From Candidatus Poseidoniales archaeon (GTDB lineage Archaea; Thermoplasmatota; Poseidoniia; Poseidoniales; Thalassarchaeaceae): DNA of 63,720 bases. The stretch lies in the NCBI GenBank assembly GCA_003602515.1, contig QQSB01000002.1:6296-70015 (forward strand). Direction: 5' to 3'. Numbering within the stretch: position 1 is the stretch's first letter; each line of letters begins with the position of its first letter. The notes beneath the pieces were generated by a model. That model was not told the origin of the DNA. It did not search any database and saw only the letters and a list, made by a program, of their open reading frames with translations. Shown piece after piece: positions 63,299 through 63,720 of the stretch. Both the position numbers and the translations under genes were made by a program.

Positions 63299-63720
63299 AT
63301 GGAAGCATTAGACAAAATGTTTGGAGTAACGGAAGCAGGGAGCGATGTCAATACCGAGATAAGAGCCGGTGGCGCAACGTTCCTGACAATGGCCTACATC
63401 CTCCTAGTGAACCCGTCAATGCTGTCAGCGACAGGCATCCCCTTCGAGGATGCCCTCTTCGCGACAGCTGTTGCCGCGTTCGTTGGATGCATGGTCATGG
63501 CGTTCTGGGCGAATCTACCCTTCGCTCTAGCGCCAGGAATGGGCCTGAACGCCTACTTCGCGTTCACGGTCGCCGCGCCTTGGGCGATGGCAGTGCCATG
63601 GGAGATCGCACTAGCTGCGATCCTAGTGCAGGGAGTCATTTTCTTGATACTCTCACTGCCCCAGGTAGGCGTAAGGACGGCGATGATCAACGCCATCCCC
63701 ACAGATCTGAAGATAGCCAC
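63299..63720 (+). CDS. NCS2/AzgA-family purine permease (5' part, runs off the window)
   Basis: My own translation reads MEALDKMFGVTEAGSDVNTEIRAGGATFLTMAYILLVNPSML..LPFALAPGMGLNAYF. Absent from the ORF track because it is truncated by the window end. Confidence 0.75.
   Translation, partial: MEALDKMFGVTEAGSDVNTEIRAGGATFLTMAYILLVNPSMLSATGIPFEDALFATAVAAFVGCMVMAFWANLPFALAPGMGLNAYFAFTVAAPWAMAVPWEIALAAILVQGVIFLILSLPQVGVRTAMINAIPTDLKIA

Noticed and set aside
1-63720. CRISPR arrays, rRNA genes, transposases, toxin-antitoxin or recognisable defence systems
   Set aside because: I saw no regularly spaced direct repeats, no rRNA-like segments and no nuclease, ATPase or methylase combinations typical of defence islands. 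This negative result is limited to reading by eye.

Overview
A 63.7-kb, very gene-dense chromosomal segment with about 70 protein genes and one tRNA. Most spacers are under 150 bp, and several gene pairs share 4-nt ATGA start/stop overlaps. I found no rRNA, CRISPR array, transposase or integrase. Archaeal hallmarks are a DnaG-type primase, thermosome, prefoldin alpha, ribosomal protein LX, FtsY, GGGP synthase, geranylgeranyl reductase, an Nre repair protein, a beta-CASP RNase, a PGF-CTERM sorting signal, and TATA-like boxes 24-30 nt upstream of start codons. A proteorhodopsin and many bacterial-like genes are also present (purH/N/L/Q, uvrA, ribA, selO, an MMPL transporter, Cys/Met PLP enzymes, Mo-cofactor genes). 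By inference this fits an uncultured Marine Group II (Poseidoniales-like) euryarchaeon, but no rRNA or marker phylogeny is available here to confirm it. The best candidate for something new is a dispersed sulfation system. It consists of a low-GC island at 13.7-17.6 kb with three different PAPS-type sulfotransferases around a GT4 glycosyltransferase. It also includes a PAPS supply and recycling module at 56.2-58.0 kb, where APS kinase is fused to a small HxGH nucleotidyltransferase domain next to CysQ. Other points worth a second look:
- a proteorhodopsin-RibA-peroxiredoxin-TrmB/V4R-like gene string
- a ferredoxin / degenerate Rossmann protein / GGGPS operon
- a tail-anchored pseudo-receiver translationally coupled to ftsY
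- a FAS1-cupredoxin-PGF-CTERM fusion
- several strong intergenic hairpins
All functional calls rest on motif recognition by eye. No database search was possible.
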